This document shows, piece by piece, positions 36,258 to 48,165 of a stretch of 64,000 nt of DNA; the first letter of the stretch is position 1, and each line of letters opens with the position of its first letter. The position numbers and the translations under genes are program-made. The stretch lies in contig NC_135672.1 of assembly GCF_964188315.1 (NCBI RefSeq), positions 13,826,001-13,890,000 of the forward strand, in the 5' to 3' direction. Under the pieces are notes generated by a model. The model worked only from the letters and a program-made list of their open reading frames with translations. It was not told the DNA's origin and did not search any database. This stretch comes from Podarcis muralis (Eukaryota).

Positions 36258-37264
36258 GGGCACACTCCATTGAGCTGAATGGGTCCTGCCCCTGAGCGAC
36301 TCAGCTTCCCGGGGGCGGGGGAGCAGGAGGGAGCCCCCATTGCCTTATCTGGGGCGGGTGGAGAGAGGCCGCTCCATTGCCTTCCTCTCGCCCCCCAGGC
36401 ACCCACGTAGCCCCCTCCCAGGACACTCCATTGAGCTGAATGGGTCCTGCCCCATAGCGACTCAGCTTCCCTGGGGCGGGGGAGCAGGAGGGAGCCCCCG
36501 TTGCCTTATCTGGGGTGGGGAGGGAGAGGCCGCTCCACTGCCTTCCTCTAGCCCCCCAGGGACCCACGTCGCCCCCTCCCAGGACACTCCATTGAGCTGA
36601 ATGGGTCCTGCCCCTGAGCGACTCAGCTTCCCGGGGGCGGGGGAGCAGGAGGGAGTCCCCATTGCCTTATCTGGGGTGGGGAGGGAGAGGCCGCTCCACT
36701 GCCTTCCTCTAGCCCCCCAGGGACCCACGTCGCCCCCTCCCAGGACACTCCATTGAGCTGAATGGGTCCTGCCCCTGAGCGACTCAGCTTCCCGGGGGCG
36801 GGGGAGCAGGAGGGAGTCCCCATTGCCTTATCTGGGGTGGGGAGGGAGAGGCCGCTCCACTGCCTTCCTCTAGCCCCCCAGGGACCCACGTCGCCCCCTC
36901 CCAGGACACTCCATTGAGCTGAATGGGTCCTGCCCCTGAGCGACTCAGCTTCCCGGGGGCGGGGGAGCAGGAGGGAGCCCCCGTTGCCTTATCTGGGGTG
37001 GGGAGGGAGAGGCCGCTCCACTGCCTTCCTCTAGCCCCCCAGGGACCCACGTAGCCCCCTCCCAGGACACTCCATTGAGCTGAATGGGTCCTGCCCCTGA
37101 GCGACTCAGCTTCCCGGGGGCGGGGGAGCAGGAGGGAGTCCCCATTGCCTTATCTGGGGTGGGGAGGGAGAGGCTGCTCCACTGCCTTCCTCTAGCCCCC
37201 CAGGGACCCACGTTGCCCCCTCCCAGGACACTCCTTTGAGCTGAATGGGTCCTGCCCCATAGCC
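36258..37264. repeat. 161-bp tandem array (about 6.2 copies) in LSM4 intron 1
   Basis: ORF-track offsets 36301, 36462, 36623, 36784, 36945, 37106 give an exact period of 161. Confidence 0.97.
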
Positions 37265-37363
37265 ACTCCCCGTGTGAGCCCCCCCTGGTTTGACCTGGAG
37301 CGGAGAAGCCCCTCCCCGCGGGCTTACTCCCGAGTAGATCCCCCCCCCTCTGCCCAGCCTCAC

Positions 37364-37366
37364 CAT
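37364..37366 (-). CDS. LSM4: LSM4 exon 1 (ATG only). Full CDS = complement(join(32012..32106,32617..32800,34498..34596,35530..35571,37364..37366)), 140 aa
   Basis: GAAGATG|GTGAGG inside a CpG island; supplies the Met in front of LPLSLLKTAQNHPM. Confidence 0.88.
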
Positions 37367-37379
37367 CTTCCTTCCCGCT

Positions 37380-37630
37380 CACGTTGCTGCTGCTTCTACT
37401 GCAGCTCCGCCGCCCCAGCAACGTCGACTTCCGCTTCCGGCTTCCGCCCGCCGAAGGCTTCGGCCTCAGCGCCCGTCCAATGGAGAGGCGGCCGTAAAGC
37501 GGCGGGGGGAGCGGCGCGCGCGACAGTGTCGCAAAGAGGCCGCGGGGCGGAGGGTCCGCTTTACCCAGCAGGCCCCGCGGCGGAGAAAGGAGCGCCTTGC
37601 CCACAATGCAGCGCGGCGGCCAAGGAGGAG
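37380..37630 (-). promoter_or_regulatory. LSM4 CpG-island promoter with tandem ETS/GABP sites (CTTCCGCTTCCGGCTTCCG, about 37428-37446) and a CCAAT box
   Basis: High CpG density; housekeeping-type motifs next to exon 1. Confidence 0.7.
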
Positions 37631-37964
37631 CAAATAGGAAATAAATATTGGCCTCAGTTTATTTTGTGGTGCCGTGTTTCTTTAATAAAAAAACAACTAA
37701 AATAAAAATAAGCAATTTTCCCCCCTGAGCTCCTACTCATTTTCTTTTCTAAATACTTTTAAACTAAAACCACAATTACACTTTTAAGTGTGTTGCAAAA
37801 GGGAAAAAATATATGCACTAACTGTATCATTGTGTGTGGGTGATTTTCATAGTTGTTTTGGCTTTTTTGCAAGCGGCTTCCCATTGTTTTCTGCAGAAAA
37901 AGCAGGAAAATCATCATCATCATCATTTTTAATTTGTATACCGCCTTTCTATCTTACAATACTC

Positions 37965-40900
37965 AAGGCCCCTCTACCCTTTTCATAGCTCTGTGGTCCC
38001 TCTACCTCTGAGGCCCCTCTACCCTTTTCATAGCTCTGTGGCCCCTCTACACCTTTCTTGTTTCTGAGGCCCCTCTACCCTTTTCATAGCTCTGTGGCCC
38101 CTCTACCCCTGAGGCCCCTCTACCCCTTTCCTGCCTCTGAGGCCCCTCTACCCTTTTCTACCTCTGAGACGCCTCTACCCTTTTCATAGCTTTGTGGTTC
38201 CTATACCCCCTTGGGGCCCCTCTACCCTTTTCCTAGCTCTATGGCCGCTATATCCCCTTCCTGCCTCTGAGGCCCCTCTACCCTTTTCATAGCTCTGTGG
38301 CCTCTCTACCGTTTTCTACCTCTGAGACGCCTCTACCCTTTTCATAGCTCTGTGGCGCTTTCACCCCCTATTCTGCCCCCTGAGACCCCTCTACACTTTT
38401 CATAGCTCTATGGCCTCCTCTGCCCCATTCGACCTCTGAGGCCCCTCCACACTTTTCATAGCTCTGTGGCGCCTTCAGCCCAATTCTGCCCCCTGAGACC
38501 CCTCTACACTTTTCATAGCTCTATGGCCTCTTCTACCCCATTCTACCTCTGAGGCCCCTCTACACTTTTCATAGCTCTAAGGGGTAGAGCAGCCACAGAG
38601 CTATGAAAAGTGTAGAAGGGCCTGGGGGGGGCAGAGGGGCTATAGAGCTAGGAGACGGGTAGAGGGGCCGGGGGGGGGCAGAGTGGCCATAGAGCTAGGA
38701 GACGGGTAGAGGGGCCTGGGGGGGGCAGAGGGGCCATAGAGGTAGGAGAAGGGTAGAGGGGCCTCGGGGGGGGGCAGAGTGGCCATAGAGCTAGGAGACG
38801 GGTAGAGGGGCCTCGGGGGGGGGGGGGCAGAGTGGCCATAGAGCTAGGAGAAGGGTAGAGAGGCCTCGGGGGGGGGGGCAGAGGGGCCATAGAGGTAGGA
38901 GACGGGTAGAGAGGACTCGGGGGGGGGCAGAGGGGCCATAGAGCTAGGAGACGGGTAGACGGGCCTCGGGTGGGGCAGAGTGGCCATAGAGCTAGGAGAA
39001 GGGTAGAGGGGCCTCGGCGGGGGGGCAGAGGGGCCATAGAGGTAGGAGACGGGTAGAGGGGCCTCGGGGGGGGGGCAGAGTGGCCATAGAGCTAGGAGAA
39101 GGGTAGAGGGGCCTCGGGGGGGGGGCAGAGGGGCCATAGAGGTAGGAGACGGGTAGAGAGGCCTCGGGGGGGGGGCAGAGGGGCCATAGAGCTAGGAGAC
39201 GGGTAGAGAGGCCTCGGGGGGGGGGCAGAGGGGCCATAGAGGTAGGAGACGGGTAGAGAGGACTCGGGGGGGGGGGCAGAGGGGCCATAGAGCTAGGAGA
39301 CGGGTAGACGGGCCTCGGGTGGGGCAGAGTGGCCATAGAGCTAGGAGAAGGGTAGAGGGGCCTCGGCGGGGGGGGCAGAGGGGCCATAGAGGTAGGAGAC
39401 GGGTAGAGGGGCCTCGGGGGGGGGGGCAGAGGGGCCATAGAGGTAGGAGACGGGTAGAGAGGACTCGGGGGGGGGGGCAGAGGGGCCATAGAGCTAGGAG
39501 AAGGGTAGAGGGGCCTCGGGTGGGGCAGCGTGGCCATAGAGCTAGGAGAAGGGTAGAGGGGCCTGGGGGGGGCAGAGTGGCCATAGAGCTAGGAGACGGG
39601 TAGAGGGGCCTCGGGGGGGGGGGCAGAGTGGCCATAGAGCTAGGAGAGGGGTAGAGAGGCCTCGGCGGGGGGGGCAGAGGGGCCATAGAGGTAGGAGATG
39701 GGTAGAGGGGCCTCGGGGGGGGGGGCAGAGTGGCCATAGAGCTAGGAGAAGGGTAGAGGGGCCTCGGCGGGGGGGCAGAGTGGCCATAGAGCTAGGAGAC
39801 GGGTAGAGAGGACTCGGGGGGGGGGCAGAGGGGCCATAGAGCTAGGAGAAGGGTAGAGGGGCCTCGGGTGGGGCAGCGTGGCCATAGAGCTAGGAGAAGG
39901 GTAGAGGGGCCTGGGGGGGGCAGAGTGGCCATAGAGCTAGGAGACGGGTAGAGGGGCCTCGGGGGGGGGGCAGAGTGGCCATAGAGCTAGGAGAGGGGTA
40001 GAGAGGCCTCGGCGGGGGGGCAGAGGGGCCATAGAGGTAGGAGATGGGTAGAGGGGCCTCGGGGGGGGGGCAGAGTGGCCATAGAGCTAGGAGAAGGGTA
40101 GAGGGGCCTCGGGGGGGGGCAGCGTGGCCATAGAGCTAGGAGACGGGTAGAGGGGCCTCGGGGGGGGGGGCAGAGTGGCCATAGAGCTAGGAGAAGGGTA
40201 GAGGGGCCTCGGGGGGGGGCAGCGTGGCCATAGAGGTAGGAGATGGGTAGAGGGGCCTCGGGGGGGGGCAGAGTGGCCATAGAGCTAGGAGAAGGGTAGA
40301 GGGGCCTCGGGGGGGGGCAGCGTGGCCATAGAGGTAGGAGATGGGTAGAGGGGCCTCGGGGGGGGGCAGCGTGGCCATAGAGCTAGGAGACGGGTAGACG
40401 GGCCGGGGGGGGGCAGAGTGGCCATAGAGCTAGGAGACGGGTAGAGGGGCCTGGGGGGGGCAGAGTGGCCATAGAGCTAGGAGAGGGGTAGAGAGGCCTC
40501 GGCGGGGGGGCAGAGGGGCCATAGAGGTAGGAGATGGGTAGAGGGGCCTCGGGGGGGGGGGCAGCGTGGCCATAGAGCTAGGAGACGGGTAGAGGGGCCT
40601 GGGGGGGGGGCAGAGTGGCTATAGAGCTAGGAAAAGGGTAGAGGGGCCTCGGGGGGGGCAGAGTGGCTATAGAGCTAGGAAAAGGGTAGAGGGGCCTCAG
40701 GGGCAGAATAGGGGGAAGATGGGAACACAGAGCTATGAAAAGGGTAGAGGGGTCTCAGGGGGCAGAATAGGGGGAAGATGGGAACACAGAGCTATGAAAA
40801 GGGTAGAGAGGCCTGAGAGGTAGGAAAGGGTAGAGGAGCCATAGAGCTAGGAAAATTCTAGAGGGGGTATCAGCGGTAAAATGGGGTAGAGGGGCCATAG

Positions 40901-40996
40901 AGCTATGAAAAGGGTAGAGGCGTCTCAGAGGTAGGAAAGGGGCAGAGGGGCCACAGAGCTAGAAAAAGGGTAGAGGGGTCTCAGAGCTATGAAAAG
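37965..40996. repeat. Strand-asymmetric minisatellite (central unit about 50 bp) that inverts at 38579-38596
   Basis: C-rich arm 37965-38578; G-rich arm 38581-40996 of the same motif family. Confidence 0.95.
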
Positions 40997-41099
40997 ATAA
41001 TTACACTAAGTCATCAATTTACAAAGGAATGATGTTTGGGAGTTGCTGGGAGCCGCTCTGGCCCTCCCCTCTCCATGGTGAAGCCGGAAAGAGGAAGCA

Positions 41100-41307
41100 G
41101 GAGGGGAGACCATCGAGAGGGCGCTCCGGTGCCGCTCTAGGCTTCCCTCTCGCCGCGTCCTCCTTGGGGCTCCGGGCGAGGGGGCGGGGCGGGGGGCGGT
41201 CACGTGGGGTGGGCGGGGCCTGGCCCGGAGGGGCGGGGCGCGGCGGGCTGGCTGGCTCAGTCGCCTCAAGTTGGCCGGGCAGGAGGGAGGCCGGCGGGGC
41301 AGGAGCC
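41100..41307 (+). promoter_or_regulatory. PGPEP1 CpG-island promoter with GC boxes and E-box GTCACGTG (41199-41206)
   Basis: GGGGCGGGGC runs and a USF/TFE-type E-box about 100 nt upstream of the ATG. Confidence 0.65.
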
Positions 41308-41341
41308 ATGGAGAAGCCGCGGCGGCTGGTGGTGGTGACGG
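41308..41341 (+). CDS. PGPEP1: PGPEP1 (pyroglutamyl-peptidase I) exon 1 MEKPRRLVVVT. Full CDS = join(41308..41341,47029..47081,51846..51962,53118..53350,54707..54899), 209 aa
   Basis: Kozak GCCATGG; G|GTAAGG donor; exons sum to 630 nt in frame. Confidence 0.93.
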
Positions 41342-41618
41342 GTAAGGGCGGCCTGGAGCCAGAGGAGGGGGCCGGGCTCGGGTTTTTATGGGGGGGGGAA
41401 TTCCTGAGGGGGGGAAGCATTTAAGGGCCGAACTTTGTCCCCCCTCGAAATGTGCCCCCCCACCTCCCGCGACCCCCGCCTCTGGTTCCCCCCGCCTTTG
41501 GTTCCCCCTCCCTCCGCCTTCCCAATAAACGAAAGTTCTGACTTGTCACTAACTTGCCATTTGTTTCTCTTCCTCTCCTCCACTTTTTTTTAATTAAAAA
41601 AATCCACTCTTGCCTCGT

Positions 41619-42036
41619 TTAATTAATGCTCAATGATTGGCCCCTCCCTCTTTAGACCCTTCCTCTCTTTTTCCTGTTCTTTCTTTTAAACTTAGCTCTT
41701 CTCACAATTCTAAATAAATAAGTAAATTTCCCGTTATGTGATTGAAGCAACAGCTTAATTAATGCTAATTAATTGGCCCCTCCCTCTCTCGAGCCTTCCT
41801 CTCTTTCCTGATTTTTTTTAACTTAACTCTTCACAAAATTAAGGAAAAAGAAAGAAAGAAATGGTGTGGTTTCCCGTTATGTGATTGAAGAAGCAAGTTT
41901 AATTAATGCTAATTAATTGGCCCCTCCCTCTTTAGATCCTTCCTCTCTTTTTCCTTTTTTCAAAAACTTAACTCTTCTCAAAATTAATAATAAATAAACG
42001 CTGTGCTTTCCCGTTATGTGACTGCAGAAGCAACAG
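41619..42036. repeat. Three-copy tandem repeat of about 140 bp in PGPEP1 intron 1
   Basis: Units start at 41619, 41755, 41899 with ttaattaatgct...ggcccctccctct...ttcccgttatgtga. Confidence 0.9.
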
Positions 42037-43716
42037 TCAGCCCCACCCAACAGAGCCCTCTTAGGATTAAACTCTTCCTTTTTTTCCATCCCCCTTTCTT
42101 TCTGCTGCTGCTCCAGCCCTTTCAACTCCCCTCCCCTGAATCATCTCCCTGAAATCATCTCTCCTTCCCTCTTACTCATTTTCTTTTGACCCTTCCCCTG
42201 AATGCCTTCTCTCCTTCCAGCCTTTCCAAAGCTCCTCCTCCTTAACCCCCCCCCCCAAATAACTATATTTATCATTGCCTCATTCGAATTGTTACCTACT
42301 GAAATTTTAAACCAGATCTTCTGGGAAAGTGGCGTGAAGGGTGGTTTGGGGGGGGGGGGACAGGAGAAGAAGGTTCCTAGTTGTGCTTTTGTGAAAGTAA
42401 TCCCTGGGCAATTTAGGGCGATTGTGTGAAAATTATGTTGTATGTGTGGTTGAGCAAAGCTCTTTTCGTTGTGTGTTATTGAGGGGGGGGTGTCCTCTTG
42501 GCTAACATTCATAAATTATTATTTTTATTAACAATAAAGGCGCAGTGTTACTGACACCATTTTAAGGTGGCATATAAACAGTCAGGTTTTTCTGTTTGTG
42601 TGTTGGAAGAAAATCAGATTCCCGTTGTCCTGCTCTGTGTTTCAAGGCTAGCTTAACTTGCCCTGGGAAAGTCCCATGGAAATTGGCTCAGGGTCTGTTG
42701 TTGTGTCTCTTGTCTGAGATGGGGGGGGCTGGCTTCTTCGCCAACTCCCCCCCTCTCCGCTTTCTGGGGGCGGACTCCCTTTTCCCTGCAGCTGCAGCTG
42801 GAGACCTTGGAATCAAATGCAAACTCCGACAAGTGGTTAGATGCACAGCCTCCTCTTAATTTCCCAGATTCTCCCCCCCCCAAAAAAAAACCAGCTCTGA
42901 AATCACGCCTAGGGGAAGACGGGTTGGGGGGGGGAGCCAGCGGAGTTGACTTGCAAGAAAGGAGTCCAAAAATGTTGCTCCCGGGAGTTTTCCTGCAGTG
43001 GGTTATTCGAAACAGCAGAGTTGTGTCTGAGAGAGAGGAGGGGCCGGAGAAGGCTGGGGGGGGGGATGAGGCACAAAAGGGGGTGGTATCGGGAGGGGGG
43101 TGAGCAGAGAGATGGGAACAGCCTCTGGACTGGGGCATGGGGCTCAGAGGAGTGACGCGCTTCTTCCCACCTGCGCTTCCTTGTCATGGGAGTCAGAGCA
43201 GCACCCTCTGGACCAGCTGGGGTGGCCTGAATTCGAACCCGAGACGCACCCACTTGGCTCCTGGTAGCGAAAGAGGTGCTGGTCTTTGGAGCCCCATTGC
43301 TGAGATCTCCAGCCCAGCATGTGAAGCTGTTTTTGCACACCTGTGGAGCACGACTGCCTTGCAGACGTGTTGAAAGTAAAATTGGATTTTTTAATTTTAT
43401 TTTTTTTGCAGAGGAGACCTTCCTTTTCTTGCCGCAAGAGGAGAGCACTGAGTGCCACAGGCGTCATGTCCACAAGTGCGCTCTCTCTCTCTCTTTCTCT
43501 CTGTCAAGATAATCTGGCATTTGGGAGCAGCTGGCTTCCCGCTAATTAGCCAAGGAGGCCTCTGGTGTGCCCAAGCACCCAGAAGGACTCTGAAACACTC
43601 TATTGAATTCTTATCTGATGGCAGGCCTCTCTCCTTGGTTGTGGAAGGAAGAATGGAACACAAAAGGAGCCCTCTGTCTGGGGGGGGGGGAGAAGGGGGA
43701 GGGCGGCTGTCTTCTC

Positions 43717-43759
<43 letters not shown>

Positions 43760-45389
43760 CAGCTATGTAGCAGGCCGGCACCTGTAGGATTACCAGGCTG
43801 AAATTGTGCTCCCGGAGTTATAGCTGTTATTATTTACAGACTTCCTTGTTTCTTTAATGAAAAAGGGAAAGGAAAGGTTGATGATGCTTTTCTTGGAACA
43901 AATAGATCCGGTTTTTAGGTTCCCTGATCGTCTGTAGGATGACCTTTGGGTGACTGGACTTGGAAAATGTTGGTTAAAGTTGGCTGTCTTTCTCCCTCGT
44001 TCTGGGTCAGAAATGGCGGGCAGGCAGATTAGAGCCATGTAACTTCCTGCAGGTCCCTTTTTATGAGTCTGAGGCTGCCAATATGAATTGCCTTCCTTGT
44101 GCCTTAAAAGTTTCTGAAGAAGTGTGCATGCACACGAAAGCTTATTCGCAGAACAAACTTAGTTGGCCTCTAAGGTGCTACTGGACAATTATTTAAACTT
44201 TATTTATTTCGACTGCGTCAGACCAACACGGCTACCTACCTGAATCTAGGTTTTTTTATTTATTTGGGAGATCTCACTCCAGGAAACTGGCACTCACCTT
44301 AATAGCTAGCATCCCTTTGTCCTAAGGGTGCCCAGACCCCAATTTAATGCTTTCTGTAAATGGGTACACTGCTCTCCCCTAAACTCAAGATCTTGGGGGG
44401 GGGTAGGTAAATTCTGGCACTTATGAGCACCCACAAAGGAGGCATGCATGTCAACAGAAGCTTACTGCCCTATCTGTGCGGTTTTACCAGCCTTGCAAAT
44501 AGCAGCTCGCCTATGGTGAGTAGAAACAGGCCTCCAGATGATCAGGTACCAATACTTTGTGCTTGTAATAAAAAATTACTGTCATGTCAGCAAGCTCCTC
44601 CAGTACAGTAAGGAAAAATCTGACCTCTCACAGGCCCTGGGCGACTTAACCATTAGCCGGGGTGCAGAATCCAAGACGTTCTCATTCAATAATTACAATT
44701 ATGGGTTGCTAGTTAACTAAAGTTACTCATTACTCAGCCAAAGGGGCATTCTTAGCAGAATGCTGGTGTAACCTTTGCGTCTTGGGCCAATTCTTACGTA
44801 ACGCAGCTTTGTCAAAGGAAATGTTTACTAAGTAAAAAAATCTGGTCGGGAGGAAAGAGCGCTGGACTTCAGACCCCATCGACTTGAGCTCAGATTCCAT
44901 CGGGGGGTAAGACGTTCGCTGAGAAAGCCAGTCTCTGCCTGCCTGTCCTACCTTACAGGGCTCTTGTGAAGCCAGAGAGCAGGTGTGTGTTTGCATTCTT
45001 GGGCGTGGATTTGATTGGCAACTGGGACACTCGTGCCTGGGCTGGCAGAGCTTGACCACAGCAGTTGCCGACTTCCGTGTTCGATGACTGCAGTGCAGTC
45101 TCTGGGAGGGTTTGATCCAGAATCTGCAGTTAGTGCAGAATGCTGCAGCATAGTTGCTGACAGGTCCCTGTCCGCAGGAACATCTCCGCATGGGTGTTAA
45201 TTTAAATACTGCATCTAAAAGTCCATAGCCGCTTAAGACCAGCTTATTGCCTTGATCTCTTTGATCTGCTGAGTTGGCAAAGACTTGCTTTTGCAACTCA
45301 TCATCATCATCATCACTTTTAATTTGTATGCCGTCTTTCTATCTTGCAATACTCAAGATGGTTTACAAGCTGAAGAAACAAAGAATGTA

Positions 45390-45650
45390 CACCGGGGGGG
45401 GGGGGTCAGCAAACTTTTTCAGCAGGGGGCCAGTCCACTGTCCCTCAAACCTTGTGGGGGGCCGGACTCTATGGGGGGGGGGGGGAATGAACGAATTCCT
45501 ATGCCCCACAAATAACCCAGAGATGCATTTTAAATAAAAGGACACATTCTACTCATGTAAAAACACGCTGATTCCTGGACCCTCCGCAGCCCGGGTTTAG
45601 AAGGTGATTGGGCCAGATCCGGCCCCCAGGCCTTAGTTTGCCTACCGATG
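45390..45650 (+). mobile_element. hAT (Charlie-like) MITE nested in the 45298-45903 repeat
   Basis: ggggtcagcaaactttttcagcagggggcc ... ggccttagtttgcctacc. Confidence 0.75.
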
Positions 45651-45984
45651 CCTTATAACAATCTAATGCAATACAAAAAAGTGAGAATAAAACCTAACTT
45701 TAAAATAAGCAACCTACATCAAGAAAGTAACATTCAGCAATCATTAGAATTGTATAGAATCATAATATCAGCATATGAAAAGTAAACATGAATCCACTCT
45801 TAACAATTACAATAAACAATTTCTAAACTACAATCAATAAAACAATGGCAAGCCACGGTGCATAAAATAATACAATACAAATTGAGAAGCAGAGACTGGA
45901 GGGGGGGGGGAGAAGGCCTTGCCTGACGAAGTCTCTCCCCCTTGTAAGAAGTGAATCCCTCGGTGTGGCAGGACCCACTTGGAC

Positions 45985-46128
45985 TCAGAGAATCATAGAG
46001 CTGAGCTGGAAAGGGACCCTGAGGACCATCTAGTCCACCCCTGCAATGCAGGAATATGCAGCTGTCCCTTATGGGTACCAAACCTGCAGCCTGGGCGTCA
46101 TCAGCGCCACGCTCTCAGCAACTGATCA
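45985..46128 (-). mobile_element. tRNA-Ile-headed SINE with CR1-type tail
   Basis: Reverse complement tcagttgctgagagcgtggcgctgatgacgcccagg...gggacagctgcatattcctgcattgcagg. Confidence 0.65.
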
Positions 46129-47028
46129 GAACTCCCTGCTTGAAACAGTTTTTGTTTTGGCAAAGAAGACACTCCAGAGCACGTAGAAGTTGAGTTTTCT
46201 CTCTCTCTCAGGACAAAGGTGCTTCTGCTGGTACAAATATCAGTGTTTGTGTCCCCATCACTTGCACGAGGGAGGGGGGAATTGAAATCTCTCGGAATCA
46301 GTTTTGAGGGGGTATTTTTGTTTTGTTTTTGGGGGGCCTGGGGAGGTGGCAAGAAATGTATTCCCAAAGTGGTGTGTCCCAGGAGAATATCGAGGTCAAC
46401 AGTATCAAAAACAATCCAGTGGATCTTACTTCAGAGTAGACATGCATAGGATGGAGAATTCTAGCGTGGTTTAGTGGTTAGGGTGTCACACTAGGACCCC
46501 GGAGACCAGGGTTCAAATACCCCCATCGCTGGGTCCCCTTGGACCAGTCACCGTCTTCTCTCTCAGTCTAGTCCTCCCTTCAAGGACTGGGGAGAACTCT
46601 GCTCACTGCCTTGAACTCCTTGGAGTATGAAGTTATGGGTGAGAGATGGGGAGGGGCAGCGCATGGTTGGGGGGAGACAAGCTGTGGCTCTGCCCATGTT
46701 GCTGGACTCCACCTCCCAGCAGCCATCACGGCTTGGCGGTCAGGATGGTGGGAGTTGGAGTCGTCAAAGATTTGGAGCCCCCAGATCCAGGCTGCCAACC
46801 ATGCTGGGATGTAGCCAGTGTGGTCTCGGACCTGGGAGAGACCCGGTTCAGATCCCCACTCAGCTGTGAGGCGGCCAGGTACTCGGCCAAGCCTCCCTGG
46901 CAGGGTTGTTCTGAGGATGGCAATGGGACAGGATGGTGGGAGGGGGGAGTCAGCCTTGCTTGGGGACGCTCAGACCCGCCAGCGAGCCCAGAGCCACGTC
47001 GGTGAAACCTCTGCTTGTGTCGTTCCAG

Positions 47029-47081
47029 GGTTTGGCCCGTTCGGGGAGCATTCGGTCAATGCCAGCTGGATCGCGGTTCAG
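47029..47081 (+). CDS. PGPEP1: PGPEP1 exon 2 GFGPFGEHSVNASWIAVQ
   Basis: ttccag| and CAG|GTAAAT; TGFGPF..N.SW peptidase C15 motif. Confidence 0.96.
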
Positions 47082-48031
47082 GTAAATGGCGCGAGTTCTC
47101 AAGGTCTTTGTCCCATAGAAAGTAATGCAAAATGGATTAATCCGTTCCAGACTTTTATAAACAACTCCTAAAACACGAATTTAACATGAATTTTACTATC
47201 CAACGAGACCATTGATCCATAAAATGAAAGTAATAAACAATGTACTGCAGTCACACAATCAACCAACCAGTAGCTGAACTGGGTTCCGCACAGTCGCAAA
47301 AGCAAAACAAAAAGAGCCGCAAAAACACAAAATAAATAGCAAAAACAGACAGACCTCAGCGTAACGCTCAAAACGGAAGTGTGGCACTCAAATTGGGCGT
47401 GTAACACTCAAAACAAAGCACATTTGGCTTCTGCACTGAGTTCGACCCCTGGGCCACGTAGCAACTGAGATTCTAAGCGAGGCAAATTGCGAAATTGCGA
47501 CTGAAAGCCTGGCTCCGAATTTAAGGCACAGCCGATCTGCTGAACGGGAAGTTGGTGCCCGCCCCCCCTCCACTCCATCCCGGTTGCTGTGTCCCCTCCC
47601 CTTCTAAGTCAGGAGCTCTGGGAATATTCCTTTTTCCGAATGCTTTCAAATTAAACTCTGAGCCCGTAATCAATTGCAGCTGACTAATGGACAGCCAGCC
47701 AGATGTCTGGGCCATGACTGTGTTCACATCTCTCTCTCCCTCCCCCCCCATTCCGCCCCCTCCCCTCCTTCAAAACCAGCTTCTTGTATTTGGCAAGGCC
47801 CTGGGCTGCAGGTGAGACGGATCCTGGCTCTCGGCCTCTGGTGCAGAATACCTGGGGAAAGGTGTTTTGACACCTGAACTTTGCCTCCAACAATAAGGGG
47901 TGGGAGATCACACTTGGCCAACCAAGAAAAGACGATACGGTGTTGGGGGGCGTTGTTCTTGATCAAGCCTTTGCCATACTTGACATGCACCCTAGAATTA
48001 TTCTTTAATGGAATACATCTTTAGTTTAGAA

Positions 48032-48165
48032 ACATAGAATTGGAGAGGGCCATCTAGTTAAATGCCCCCCAGCCTTGCAGGAATCCTCCTTTTGCCCAGT
48101 GTGGGGCTCGAACCCATGGCCCCCAGATTAAGAGCCGCCTGCTCTTCCCCAACTGAGTTGCGCCA
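48032..48165 (-). mobile_element. tRNA-Lys-headed SINE with CR1-type tail
   Basis: Reverse complement ctcagttgg...gctcttaatctggg...gggttcgagccccacactgggcaaaag...attcctgcaagg. Confidence 0.6.

Noticed and set aside
36500-36600. CTCF-like words in the 161-bp unit
   Set aside because: Several core positions mismatch, much weaker than the sites reported as findings.
36301-37366. Repeated 88-aa ORFs
   Set aside because: Translations of the 161-bp intronic array with non-ATG starts; no splice or homology support.
38648-40378. Series of MA(P/T)LPPP... ORFs on the minus strand
   Set aside because: Translations of the 50-bp minisatellite; homopolymer length changes shift frames constantly.
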